Shown: in pieces, positions 20,380 through 30,200 of the stretch | How the letters are laid out: the number at the start of each line of letters is the position of its first letter | Numbering within the stretch: position 1 is the first letter of the stretch | NCBI GenBank assembly: GCA_963741205.1 | Contig: CAVUHW010000022.1 | Location: forward strand, 64,001 to 128,000 | Length of the DNA: 64,000 bases | DNA from: Nitrospirota bacterium | Lineage (GTDB): Bacteria; Nitrospirota; UBA9217 | Direction: 5' to 3' | Program-made: the position numbers and the translations under genes | Notes under the pieces: generated by a model | Databases searched by the model: none | What the model was told of the DNA's origin: nothing | What the model saw: the letters and a program-made list of their open reading frames with translations, nothing else

Positions 20380-20818
20380 GAGTGAGTACCTCTTATTGCC
20401 TGACATTTCAACGTAGTAACGAAAGACCACCCCGAAAAATTTTTTTAGGTCGTCGTTGCGGGGATCGGAGCACTTTCCGATTTTTTCTCTTACTTGAAGT
20501 TTAGCAAAAGTTGCGCAATATTGAGGCTCATACCCTCTTCGTGTTATTAAGTTAATGCTCTTTGCAACTTTAACTGTTCGTAGGTATGTTTGGTTCCGCC
20601 ATGGACCCAGCTGAAGCATTATACCCTCTTTATGTAAATTCCTGCAATCCCTTGTTTTGATGTTGCATAATCCTGCCGTCCACAGAGGCACAATCCTGCG
20701 TAATAAGCAGATGACGGCCGCTACAGACGACGGCCGCTACTATCCATAATCCAGATCCTTTGCTATAATAGGGGAGCGTAGCCGTGAAGCGTTGAAGGCA
20801 GCGTGAGGAGGCATCGCC

Positions 20819-21013
20819 ATGCAATGCCCTCATTTGACGGGGAAGCAGGTCCCGACCTGTATGGTAGACAGCGCTGTTTACATCCCCAGCATCTCAGAGC
20901 TCGAGGAGTACTGCCTGAGCAAGAAGTACGAGGAGTGTCCGTTCCTGCGCAACTTCACAAACGCCGATAAGAGCCTGCTCCATCCCGTTGATGGAATGCG
21001 GCCTTTTCAGTAA
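20819..21013 (+). CDS. Small Cys-rich hypothetical protein (64 aa)
   Basis: GAGGAGG RBS; four spaced Cys (CPH..C..YC..CP); own terminator. Confidence 0.7.
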   Translation: MQCPHLTGKQVPTCMVDSAVYIPSISELEEYCLSKKYEECPFLRNFTNADKSLLHPVDGMRPFQ

Positions 21014-21050
21014 GTGGTACAATGGGGACTCACGGTCCGACGCCCTTCAT

Positions 21051-21084
21051 GCCATCCTGGAGTTTTCCGCAGGATGGTTTTTTT
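21051..21084 (+). terminator. Intrinsic terminator
   Basis: CCATCCTG...CAGGATGG followed by T7. Confidence 0.75.
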
Positions 21085-21299
21085 ACGGGTTTTCAGATTT
21101 TCGAAGTACGAATCGAACCGTCAGTGACGTACGAGGTGTGAAGAAGACGCTTGAAATCGAGCTAACCTTTTGTCACTTCCTCCAATCGCGGCGTGACTCC
21201 TGATATACTGAAAGCAGAAGAAGCATGATTTCGAGAGTCTGATCCGTCTCCTCGATATTACGACTTAAAGCTTACAACTCATTCCAGGAGGGACCAACC

Positions 21300-21701
21300 A
21301 TGACTAAGGCAAAAAAAGTAAAACAGCTTCAATTCATGATGTCTGACCGGACAGGACGGCTTTCGGAGATCACGACAGCACTCGCCGGCGCCAAGGTGAA
21401 TATCACCAACATCTGCGCATACGGCATGGAACAGGAGGCAACCTTCATGCTGACCGTGGACAGCAACGCGAAGGCAAAAAAGGCTCTCGCCCCCCTCGGC
21501 GTCGCGATCAAAGAAAATGACGTCGTTATCGTGGAGATGCAGAACAAGCCCGGGGAACTTCAGAAGGTGGCGAAGAAAATCGGCGATGCGGGAATCAACA
21601 TCTACTATATGTACGGCACGAGCTCAGGCGCAAGGTCGGGGAATTGCATTTTTGCCACCTCTGATGATGCACAGGCGATCAAGCTCATTAATAAAAAATG
21701 A
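21300..21701 (+). CDS. Tandem ACT-domain protein
   Basis: Two repeats: DRTGRLSEIT..LAGAKVNI and NKPGELQKVA..IGDAGINI. Confidence 0.88.
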   Translation: MTKAKKVKQLQFMMSDRTGRLSEITTALAGAKVNITNICAYGMEQEATFMLTVDSNAKAKKALAPLGVAIKENDVVIVEMQNKPGELQKVAKKIGDAGINIYYMYGTSSGARSGNCIFATSDDAQAIKLINKK

Positions 21702-21810
21702 TTCTGATAATCATAGCGCGGAGACGATCCCTGCTTCGCGGCATGATGTAATAGGTATCCCTGTCTGAGGTCAAGAGTTTAGTGTGTGCAAGAAGCAAGG
21801 GAGGGGTCTC

Positions 21811-22963
21811 ATGAGAGCACGGGGGCCGTTCAAGACATATGGTGTCTTTGTGGTGTTGTCGGTGATGATACTTTCGGCATGCCACGGGAGTGGCGGGGGA
21901 AGCACTGTCGTAGCGCCGCCTATCCCTACAGTTCTAACGGTTGGGGCGCCGCCGGTATCCGATACCGTGGTTCGCCCTGGGTTTAACGCTTATGCTGCGT
22001 CGGTCACGCCAGGCTCTTTCTATAAGATAAGCATCACCGCTCCAACAGATGATGTTGACCTTAACGTATATGATGCGGACAGCACCTTCACGCATCCGAT
22101 CATATGTCCTGTTGACAACAGTGTCATTCCTGTTACGTCTCCCGAGGACTGCATCCTCATACCCGCTGGAAATACGCTTTACTTCGGCGTGGACGGATCA
22201 TTTCTTGTGGGATCAGCTGCCGTATATACGATTGGCGTAGAACTATTGTCCGAGACCAAGTTTGCATCTCTCCATCCCGCTTCAGTGATCAGACCACCCA
22301 GCGCGGCGCCGGAGTTTATTCCGTGCCCGTATCGCCCGGTGCCTACACCGTCAGCATCACCGGGCTCACCGATGACGCGGATCTCCATGTCTTTATCGAC
22401 AACGGTTCCGTCATTTCCCCAGCGGTCTGCTCCGCCGCCACCGTGAGCAATACCTTGCTCATCGGAAATGCGCCGGAAGACTGTACCTTGAATGTTACCA
22501 CGGGCAGCACGGCCGTATTTTTCGTCGTCGACGGACTCTTCAGCTCCGCATTCACGGTCCAGTATACGGCCCTTGTGACACCGGCCCCGAACGTGCCGAA
22601 TCCCGGTGACCGAAGGGACCGCACACGTCTCCCGTCCGTCATAACACGTCAGATACGCCGACAACGGGACAGGTCGGCTCCGGCCGGCACGAGCTTCTAC
22701 GCAGTGAACGGACTGACGCCGGGGTCGCGTTATACCATCAGCATTACCGGCCTGACGGAGGCTGCAACCTCACCGTGTTCGCAGTAAGCACCTTCACGAC
22801 CCACCTGCTCTGCTCGATCAATAATACTCCTTTGGCCGGAACGACGCCTGAGAGATGCACCCTGCTAGCGCCCAGGGAGGGACGGTCTTTTTCACAGTAG
22901 TATCTGGCTCAACGCACCGGAAACGGCGCAGCGTATATTGTCCTGGTTGAACCGGGACCCTGA
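21811..22963 (+). CDS. Lipoprotein with about three PPC-like beta-sandwich repeats (several frameshifts)
   Basis: Lipobox LSAC; repeats YxISIT..TDD.DL.V...C.....PEDC in successive frames. Confidence 0.6.
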
Positions 22964-22990
22964 TAGACAACCCGGCAGCGAATGCCATAA

Positions 22991-23026
22991 AACACAAAAG
23001 GGCCGACCTCATAGAAGGTCGGCCCT
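22991..23026 (-). terminator. Terminator downstream of dksA (likely bidirectional)
   Basis: AGGGCCGACCT-cataga-AGGTCGGCCCT, 11-bp stem with T-rich flanks. Confidence 0.8.
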
Positions 23027-23061
23027 GCGCATTTTTTTCTGTTTTCACCAATCGAGGACGA

Positions 23062-23436
23062 TCAGTCCACCTTCCGCTTTTCCTCTTCCTCCTGGGCGGT
23101 TTTGCACTCGATGCAGAGCGTGGTGACGGGCCGCGCCTCAAGCCTCTTGATGTTGATCTCCCCTCCGCAGGACTCGCAGATGCCGTAGGTGCCGCCGTCG
23201 ATCCGCGAAATCGCCTCGTCGATCTTCTTGAGGAGCTTCTGTTCCCGTCCCCGAAGCTTCAAGAGGAAGTTATTGTCCAGTTCGGCGACCGCCTGGTCAG
23301 TCGGATCGGGAAAACTCTCTTTTTCCGTACTGATCTTATTGTTCAGCGTCTGCTCTGCTTCGGAAAGAAGCTCCTGACGCTGCTTGAGAAGCTTCTTCTT
23401 GATCAACAGCATTTTCGAATCCGTAACCATCACCAT
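23062..23436 (-). CDS. dksA: RNA polymerase-binding protein DksA
   Basis: FPDPTDQA (DxxDxA tip); YGICESCG..RLEARP.TTLCIECK zinc finger. Confidence 0.93.
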   Translation of the reverse strand: MVMVTDSKMLLIKKKLLKQRQELLSEAEQTLNNKISTEKESFPDPTDQAVAELDNNFLLKLRGREQKLLKKIDEAISRIDGGTYGICESCGGEINIKRLEARPVTTLCIECKTAQEEEEKRKVD

Positions 23437-23615
23437 ACCTCGGCATCCAATCTAACAGACTCCTGCCACGGCGTCCCGGCCGAAGCCCGTTTGAATGTAG
23501 TGAATGTAGTGTTGAACTATATCAGAAAAGTGCAAATGAGTCAATTGATAAATACTGGACACCCTGTCTTGATTCGCTGATTGACAAAACGGGCATGTTA
23601 TGGATATTATGCTTC

Positions 23616-24848
23616 ATGCTGAATGAAAAGCGGAAACTCAACACTCTCATGAAGCTGGGCGTCGAACTCACCGAGGTCAAAGACGTTGATGTGCTCCTGG
23701 AGCGGATCCTGCGCGAGGCGCGAAAGCTGGTGAACGCCGACGCGGGTTCGATCTATATCAAGGAGGGAGATAAGCTGAAGTTCAGCTATACTCAGAACGA
23801 CACTCTGCAGAAAAAACTGCCTCCGGGCAGGAAACTGATCTATTCCACCTTCTCGATCCCGATCGACAACCAGACGATCTCCGGCTATGTGGCGAACACC
23901 GGCGAAGCCCTGAACATCGCCGATGCCTACAAGCTCGTCTCTAGTCTGCCCTACGCCTTTAACAATTCCTACGACGACCTCTCGGGGTACCGGACGCGGT
24001 CGATGCTGACGTTCCCGCTCAAGACCAACCGGGGCGATACGATCGGCGTGCTTCAGTTGATCAACGCGACAGACACCCGGGGCAAGGTCGTCTCCTTTTC
24101 GAAGAAAGATGAGCCGCTCATCCTGCACTTTGCCAACACGGCCGCTGTTGCCATTGAACGGGCCCAGATGACCCGGGCCATGATCCTCCGGACCATTAAA
24201 ATGGCGGAACTGAGGGACCCCAAGGAAACCGGCGCCCACGTGAACCGCGTCGCGGCGTATTCCGTCGCCATCTACGAGGCCTGGGCCGGAAAGCGGGGTG
24301 TGCCCCAGGACGCGCTTGACAAGAACCGCGACATTCTTCGCATGGCCGCCATGCTCCATGACGTGGGGAAAGTGGCCATCTCGGATGCGATCTTGAAGAA
24401 ACCGGGGAAGCTCGATGACGCGGAACGGGAAGCCATGAAACAGCATACCGTCATGGGAGCAAAGCTCTTCGCCGACCGGTACTCGGAATTCGATGAGGCC
24501 GCGGCGATCGTGGCCTTGAACCATCACGAGAAGTGGGACGGCACCGGTTATCCGGGGAATATCAACCCCCTTGACGGCAAGGTGCTGCCCGGATACGAGA
24601 ACAGTGACGGATCGCCGCGGCCCAAGAAGGGAGATGAGATTCCGATCTTCGGCAGGCTCGTCGCGCTCGCGGACGTGTTCGACGCGTTGGGCTCGCGGAG
24701 GGCGTACAAGGAGCGGTGGGACGAGGCAAAGGTCCTCGAAGAGCTCCGGGCCTGCTCCGGAACGCAGTTCGATCCCGAGATGGTCGATACCTTCTTTTCC
24801 TGCATCGACACGGTCCGCAATATCTCGGAACGGTACCCGGATCATTAG
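23616..24848 (+). CDS. GAF + HD-GYP cyclic-dinucleotide phosphodiesterase
   Basis: GAF (DAGSIY, GYRTRSMLTFPL, GVLQLIN); ETGAHV.RV, LHDVGK, HHEKWDGTGYP, ADVFDAL. Confidence 0.92.
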   Translation: MLNEKRKLNTLMKLGVELTEVKDVDVLLERILREARKLVNADAGSIYIKEGDKLKFSYTQNDTLQKKLPPGRKLIYSTFSIPIDNQTISGYVANTGEALNIADAYKLVSSLPYAFNNSYDDLSGYRTRSMLTFPLKTNRGDTIGVLQLINATDTRGKVVSFSKKDEPLILHFANTAAVAIERAQMTRAMILRTIKMAELRDPKETGAHVNRVAAYSVAIYEAWAGKRGVPQDALDKNRDILRMAAMLHDVGKVAISDAILKKPGKLDDAEREAMKQHTVMGAKLFADRYSEFDEAAAIVALNHHEKWDGTGYPGNINPLDGKVLPGYENSDGSPRPKKGDEIPIFGRLVALADVFDALGSRRAYKERWDEAKVLEELRACSGTQFDPEMVDTFFSCIDTVRNISERYPDH

Positions 24849-24951
24849 AAAAAACGACGGCAGCCGCGGATGGTCGCGGGAAAAGCCGATACGAAAAAAT
24901 CACGTTCACACATTCTGAAAATCCTGTTGATACGATTCACCAAGCCCTTCC

Positions 24952-25617
24952 ATGAAAAAAAAGAAATCCGGCGATCAATCTCCCGCAGACTTCAAAAACA
25001 ACCCCTTCACGCCCCTCAGGGGCTTTGCGCCGCGCAGCCCGTCAGCGCGAAAGACGGGAACCGAGCCCAGCAGGAAGGAAGAGCAGTCCGAAGACGACGG
25101 CTCCCTCTTTCTGAGGGCTGTATCGGGGGCGCGGAAAATAGAGAAGGAGGAAGACCCCGCCCCGGGTCCGGTCACCCGGAAGATCGAAGAAAAACGGGAC
25201 GCAGAGGACTATGAGATCTTCCTCCAGGCCATGCAGAAGATCGGGACTGCGGCGCAAGACCGTCAGTCGGAGCAGGAGGAGCTTGACGAGCCGGGGAGAC
25301 GGCCCCCGAGCAGCCGCATGCGGCAACTAAAGAGAGGGACTATCCGCATCAGCGGCGAGCTGGACCTGCATGGCTTTCTCCGGGACGAGGCGCTGGTAAG
25401 GCTCGAGCGCTATATCGCCGGCGCCTACAGCCGGGGACAGGACGCGGTGCTGGTTATCACCGGAAAAGGGGTCAACTCGCCGGAAGGTCCGGTCCTTCGG
25501 GGAGCAACGGCGGCGTGGCTTGGCGGGCGTGGGAAAGGGATGGTCGCCGAATTTTCACCGGCGCCGCGCGACAAGGGGGGGAGCGGAGCCTTCGTGGTAT
25601 TCTTGAAGAAGAAGTAA
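24952..25617 (+). CDS. Smr/MutS2-C domain protein
   Basis: ELDLHG, VLVITGKG, GGSGAFVVFL. Confidence 0.88.
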   Translation: MKKKKSGDQSPADFKNNPFTPLRGFAPRSPSARKTGTEPSRKEEQSEDDGSLFLRAVSGARKIEKEEDPAPGPVTRKIEEKRDAEDYEIFLQAMQKIGTAAQDRQSEQEELDEPGRRPPSSRMRQLKRGTIRISGELDLHGFLRDEALVRLERYIAGAYSRGQDAVLVITGKGVNSPEGPVLRGATAAWLGGRGKGMVAEFSPAPRDKGGSGAFVVFLKKK

Positions 25618-25654
25618 GGCATAGGCAGCGAGGCTGACCCTAACCTGGTCAGAC

Positions 25655-25699
25655 AAAAAAGGACGAGAGACCCTACGGTCTCTCGTCCTTCGTTTTGTT
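25655..25699. terminator. Bidirectional intrinsic terminator
   Basis: AAGGACGAGAGACC-ctac-GGTCTCTCGTCCTT, 14-bp stem between convergent genes, with A and T tracts. Confidence 0.85.
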
Positions 25700-25719
25700 C
25701 CGGGCTGTTCTGCTTACGG

Positions 25720-26097
25720 TCATCTGCTTCCCAGGATCCCGTTCACGACGTTTAAAAGGTCCGCTGTCTGGATGGGTTTGGGGATATAAGCGTTGGCGCC
25801 GAGGGCGATACCGCGCTTGCGGTCCTCTTCCGCGCCTTCGGTCGTGATGATGATGATGGGAATGGTCTTATGCGCGGGGTCGTTTCGCACCATGGAGACA
25901 AGCTTGAGACCGTCCATGATGGGCATATTGATGTCCGTCAGGATGATGTCGAATTTCTGGGTCGAGAGCTTCTTGAGCGCGTCGATGCCGTCGTTGGCTT
26001 CAACGATCTTGCTGCCGGGGATGCGCTTCAGGGCGAAGGAGATGAGCTGCCGCATCGTCGGGGAGTCTTCTACCACCAGAAACTTGTACTCGGGCAT
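25720..26097 (-). CDS. Single-domain CheY-like response regulator
   Basis: VVEDS, DINMP.MDG, TTE, YIPKP. Confidence 0.92.
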   Translation of the reverse strand: MPEYKFLVVEDSPTMRQLISFALKRIPGSKIVEANDGIDALKKLSTQKFDIILTDINMPIMDGLKLVSMVRNDPAHKTIPIIIITTEGAEEDRKRGIALGANAYIPKPIQTADLLNVVNGILGSR

Positions 26098-26111
26098 GAT
26101 TCAACCTCCGT

Positions 26112-26939
26112 TTATTTTTCTTTGAGCAGGTCGAGAAAGCTCTGGATCGTGGTAAGTTTTCGCTCCGACTGCGAGTAGAGCTTCGAGGAAAAGAGCGCCG
26201 TGGCCGCGTGGCCGGCCAGCATCGAAAAAAGCTCGTAGTCCACGTTCGAGAAGGTCTGCTTCTGGACGAGGAGCTTGTAGATGACGATGACCCCGATCAC
26301 GTGCTCCTTGATCTTGAGCGGGATGACGACCAGGGGGTGGAGATAATCCACGCCCGCGAGGTCCGTGGGATCGCCCTCGCGGTAGAAGGACTCGCCGGAT
26401 TTCGCCGCCGCGCCGATGATTCCCCCTCCAAGCTTGACACTGGGCCTCGCCTCGGGCCCCATGCCCTCCTGGGCCACGATCGTCAGCTCGTTCGTCTTCT
26501 CGTCGAGCATCATGATGGAATATTCCTCGGCGCCGATCAGGTTCATCACGATTTCGAGGATGATCCTGAGCGACTCGTTGAAGTCCAGCGTAGAGTGCAG
26601 CTGATAGCTGGCGACGTACAGGTTTGCCAGGTTGTTGTTCTCAGCCTCGACCTCGACGTACCGGTTCGCGAAGTCCTTATTTTCTTCCTCGACAACTCGG
26701 TAGCGGTCGAGGAGCTGCTTGTTCTCCTCTTCCAGAAATTTCACCCGCTCCTCGAGGCTGTGAAACTTGAAGCTTTCTTCCCGGCCGGAGAACTTGGTGA
26801 CCTCTTCAAACTTGGCCAACTTGTACCGGAGCTTTTCATTTTCCTTGAGCAGCTCCTGGGTAAACTCCTCGCCTTTTTTAAAGACCTGGAGAAACTCTTC
26901 GACTTTTTTCGAAATCGCTGCGGGTTCTTTTTCCATCAT
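26112..26939 (-). CDS. Coiled-coil + GAF domain protein
   Basis: Long N-terminal coiled coil; LANLYVASYQLHSTLDF; GAF fold (IPLKI..VIGVIVI, LFSMLAGHAATAL); no output domain. Confidence 0.85.
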   Translation of the reverse strand: MMEKEPAAISKKVEEFLQVFKKGEEFTQELLKENEKLRYKLAKFEEVTKFSGREESFKFHSLEERVKFLEEENKQLLDRYRVVEEENKDFANRYVEVEAENNNLANLYVASYQLHSTLDFNESLRIILEIVMNLIGAEEYSIMMLDEKTNELTIVAQEGMGPEARPSVKLGGGIIGAAAKSGESFYREGDPTDLAGVDYLHPLVVIPLKIKEHVIGVIVIYKLLVQKQTFSNVDYELFSMLAGHAATALFSSKLYSQSERKLTTIQSFLDLLKEK

Positions 26940-27074
26940 TCCCTCCTGTTGTCACTCCCGCCTGATGCGGCAACTCAGGACGCCGACACCGCTGCCGCAT
27001 GAGAACCCATCTCCGGGATGGAAGGAACTGCTGAGCGAGCGTTCCCGCCGGTGAGGAGCTGTGCAACGGGGACA

Positions 27075-27103
27075 AGTATAGTCTAGTCTGAAAAAATTAT
27101 CAA
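27075..27103 (-). promoter_or_regulatory. Sigma-70 promoter of the GAF-CheY operon
   Basis: Minus strand TTGATA-N17-TATACT. Confidence 0.65.
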
Positions 27104-27253
27104 GCGTATTTCTTGGGCGCGTCCCCGTCAGAATCGCGGGCGCGGTCGATGAAATCCCGCGGGCTCAAAGGCTGATTTTACGCCGCCGTCACGTCAGGGC
27201 ATGGAGTATGGAATCCCGAGGCCAGCCGTGCTACACTTAAAGAAAGCAATGCC

Positions 27254-30200
27254 ATGGAGACCACGAACGACATATGCATTCTCGATTTTCTGACCGGCAC
27301 GCTCTCAACGGCCTACAAGGGCGTCATCACCTCGCTTGTAGCCAAGGATTTCTGCGTGGCCAGAGGGGGGGACGCCGTTATTCTCAAAGGCAAGATCCTC
27401 TCCATGCCCGCGGGAAATTATGAGGCGTCGCTTATCGGTCGCGGCGTCGAGCTTGCCCGGACCGATCTTATCGAGGGAGCCTTCGAGCTCAAGGCAGGGG
27501 CCGAGCTGGTCAAGCGTGCGCAGGACCTCCAGATCGACATCATTCAGGAGGGGAGGCACATCGGGACTTTTTTGCTCAAAAGCGACGAGGCAGGAGGGGC
27601 CTACAGCTCGGCGATAGTGCTTTCCGATGAAATCAAGGGCATGGATTTCAAGCTCCTTACGGTTCCGCTGCGAGAGAAGGTCGGACTTCTCCAGAAGGCG
27701 GAGGAGATCATTGCCAAAATTTATTCTACGAAAAAAGACTGGGCGGCCTTTTCCGAACTCCTGCATGGCTTCGCTTATGACGCCTTCTGGTCCGCGAAGG
27801 ACGCTTTCTACGGCGGCTTCGCGATACTGGCCCGCTTCGCGCTCAAGGCCGCGGAGCGGACGGATAGGTCGCTTACGAACAAGCCCGTCTCAAACGTACT
27901 CGACTTGATCGAACTTCCCCTCTCGAGCGAGGAAGACGCCGGCCGGCTTCGCCCCGCCGTCGACATCTGGCTCAGAGAGCTTGCCGGATCGTCGATTGAC
28001 CTTTCCTCGCAGCTCCGCCAAGCCGCGCCCCTTCTCCGATCGATTAACGAACGATTCCCCGACGCGGACTTAGGTCCGGTCCTTGCCGGCATGCTCGGCT
28101 CGCTCCGGGAAAAGCTACGCACGGTCCCTCCTCTGGGTCGGGCTATTCTGGATCCCCTCCAGAGGAGCATGGACCCCGGCGAATACAAACTTCTCGCCCG
28201 CTACGGCGTCGAAGGGAGGGCGGAACTCGTCCGGGAACTCGCCCTTGCCGAAAGGGGCCTTGAGGCGCGGTCCCTCGGGGAAGTCCTGAGCTTCCTAAAC
28301 CGGCTGGATCCGGACAGCGTGGATGACGGGAAGATGATCGAGGCGTTCTTCGATGCCACCGCCCGATACCTGAGTGCCGCTTTGGCCGATGCCTTCCCGC
28401 AGGCGTTCTCGGAGATCGTTTCGTTCCTTCCCTCGCTCTCCGCGGGGGCAGTCTCGAAAATCATAGCGAACCTGCCCGGAGTGATAGAAAAGCTTCTCAA
28501 TATCGGACAGAACGACATCTGCGAATCGCTGCTCGCGGACGTTGCCCGCGCGGGTCCGCCGGTCACTGAAGAGATCGTCATGAACACCCGGATCGCCGCC
28601 GTTATCCTGGAATCCGAAAACGAAGAACTGATCGCGCGCTACCGGGACATCCTGACCGGCATCATTATCCCGGCCGCGAAAGTGCGCGAGATATCCGACG
28701 GAGACCTGGGCCGAGGTGGTGAACCCGCTCCATCTCGAGCGGCTCGCGAAGTTCATGGACATCCTGGAGCATGGCAGCGAGCGGCTCCGCGGCGTTCTCG
28801 TCCATGTAATCGCGAATCTCCTCGTAAGCGGGCTGTTCATTCCCGACGATCGCCTCTTTCAGCGAAGGGTCACGGCCTACCTGAATTCCGCGGCCATGCG
28901 CGGAGATTTCCTGCTGAACTACCTGCTCCTCCGGATGCTGCCGGTCTATTTCCACGAAGTGGGCGCCGTGAGCAGAATCCGCGATTTTTCCACCGAGATC
29001 GACTCGTGGGGAAACGATCCGGTTATCTACTTTGTCCGCAAACAGGTGCATGTGAATGCAAGCAATTACAATGTGCGGCTGATCGAGAGGGTCCTCGCGT
29101 CGTGGGTGTGGAACGACCCCGGCTTGCTGCAAGACGCCGTTCCTCGCGATATCTTGGAGAGCCTTGCGCCGGAATTCTTCGATAAGTATTCCCGGGTCAT
29201 CAGGCCGCTTTTCGAATCTCTCGGCGTGGTCGATGCTGACGGGCTTCACTTCGCACGGCTAATCGATGTCCCGGAGGAGGAATTCCGGAAAAGGTTAGGG
29301 GAAGGGCGGCTTGACGAAATTCCCGCCAAGGTCATGCTAATGTGCAGGCTGTACCAGGAGATCGTCGGAAAGTACTCCTTCGCGAGCAGGGAATCTGCGC
29401 ACACGGACATCATGACGTCGCTCTCGGGATATCTTGAGCGGATGCGAAAGAACGTCGGGATCGCGCGTTCCCCGGAAAAGACTGCCGCGCAGGAGTCCCT
29501 CTATTTTAAGCGTCATATCGCCTTCGGCATCCCCTCGGTTCTCGGGACCTACCATGAACCGAAGTTCGACGCCATGGCCGAGCTCCTCCGGGACGACGCC
29601 GGCATCAGCGTGCTGTTCGAAAAGATAATTTCCGATATACGGGCGCGGGAACATGATTTCTCTCCAGCCAAAGCCTCGGAGTGGATTCATGCTCTTGCCG
29701 CGGCTTCTCACGTGCTGAAGCTCCACGGGCTGGAAAACAGGCAGGTGGAGGAACTCGTCGAAATCAGCGAGGAAAGCAGGCTCTGCCTCTCCCAGGCCGC
29801 CGACCTGCTCAGGCTGTGGCAGAAGGAACTTGCCTGGCAGGTGGATTTCTTCAACCGTACGTTCCACAAGCCGGTCATCGCCGTTCTCGAACAATTCCCC
29901 AAAGAGGACCTGCCCGAATACCTCATGAACCTGGACCCTTCGTCACCTGACTTTACGAACAAGGCGGCGGACATCATCATCAGAGACATGCTCAGCAGTA
30001 TACCGGCGCTCGTGGAAGCGGACCGGATCATCGAACATCTGCTCGGAGCGATCCCGGCCCGCGTAGAGCAGGGAGCGGATGACGAGCTGGATAGCGGCAG
30101 GGCCGATGAGGACAGGCTGTTCTTTGCGCTTCATGAGCTCGACGAAAGCGACGCGATGAGGCTTGCTCCCCTGCTCGGCAGCAAGGCGAAGAACCTGGCC

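Noticed and set aside
20380-20691. 104-aa N-terminal extension of the hydrogenase beta subunit
   Set aside because: AT-rich promoter-like DNA with no motifs; a good RBS precedes ATG 20379.
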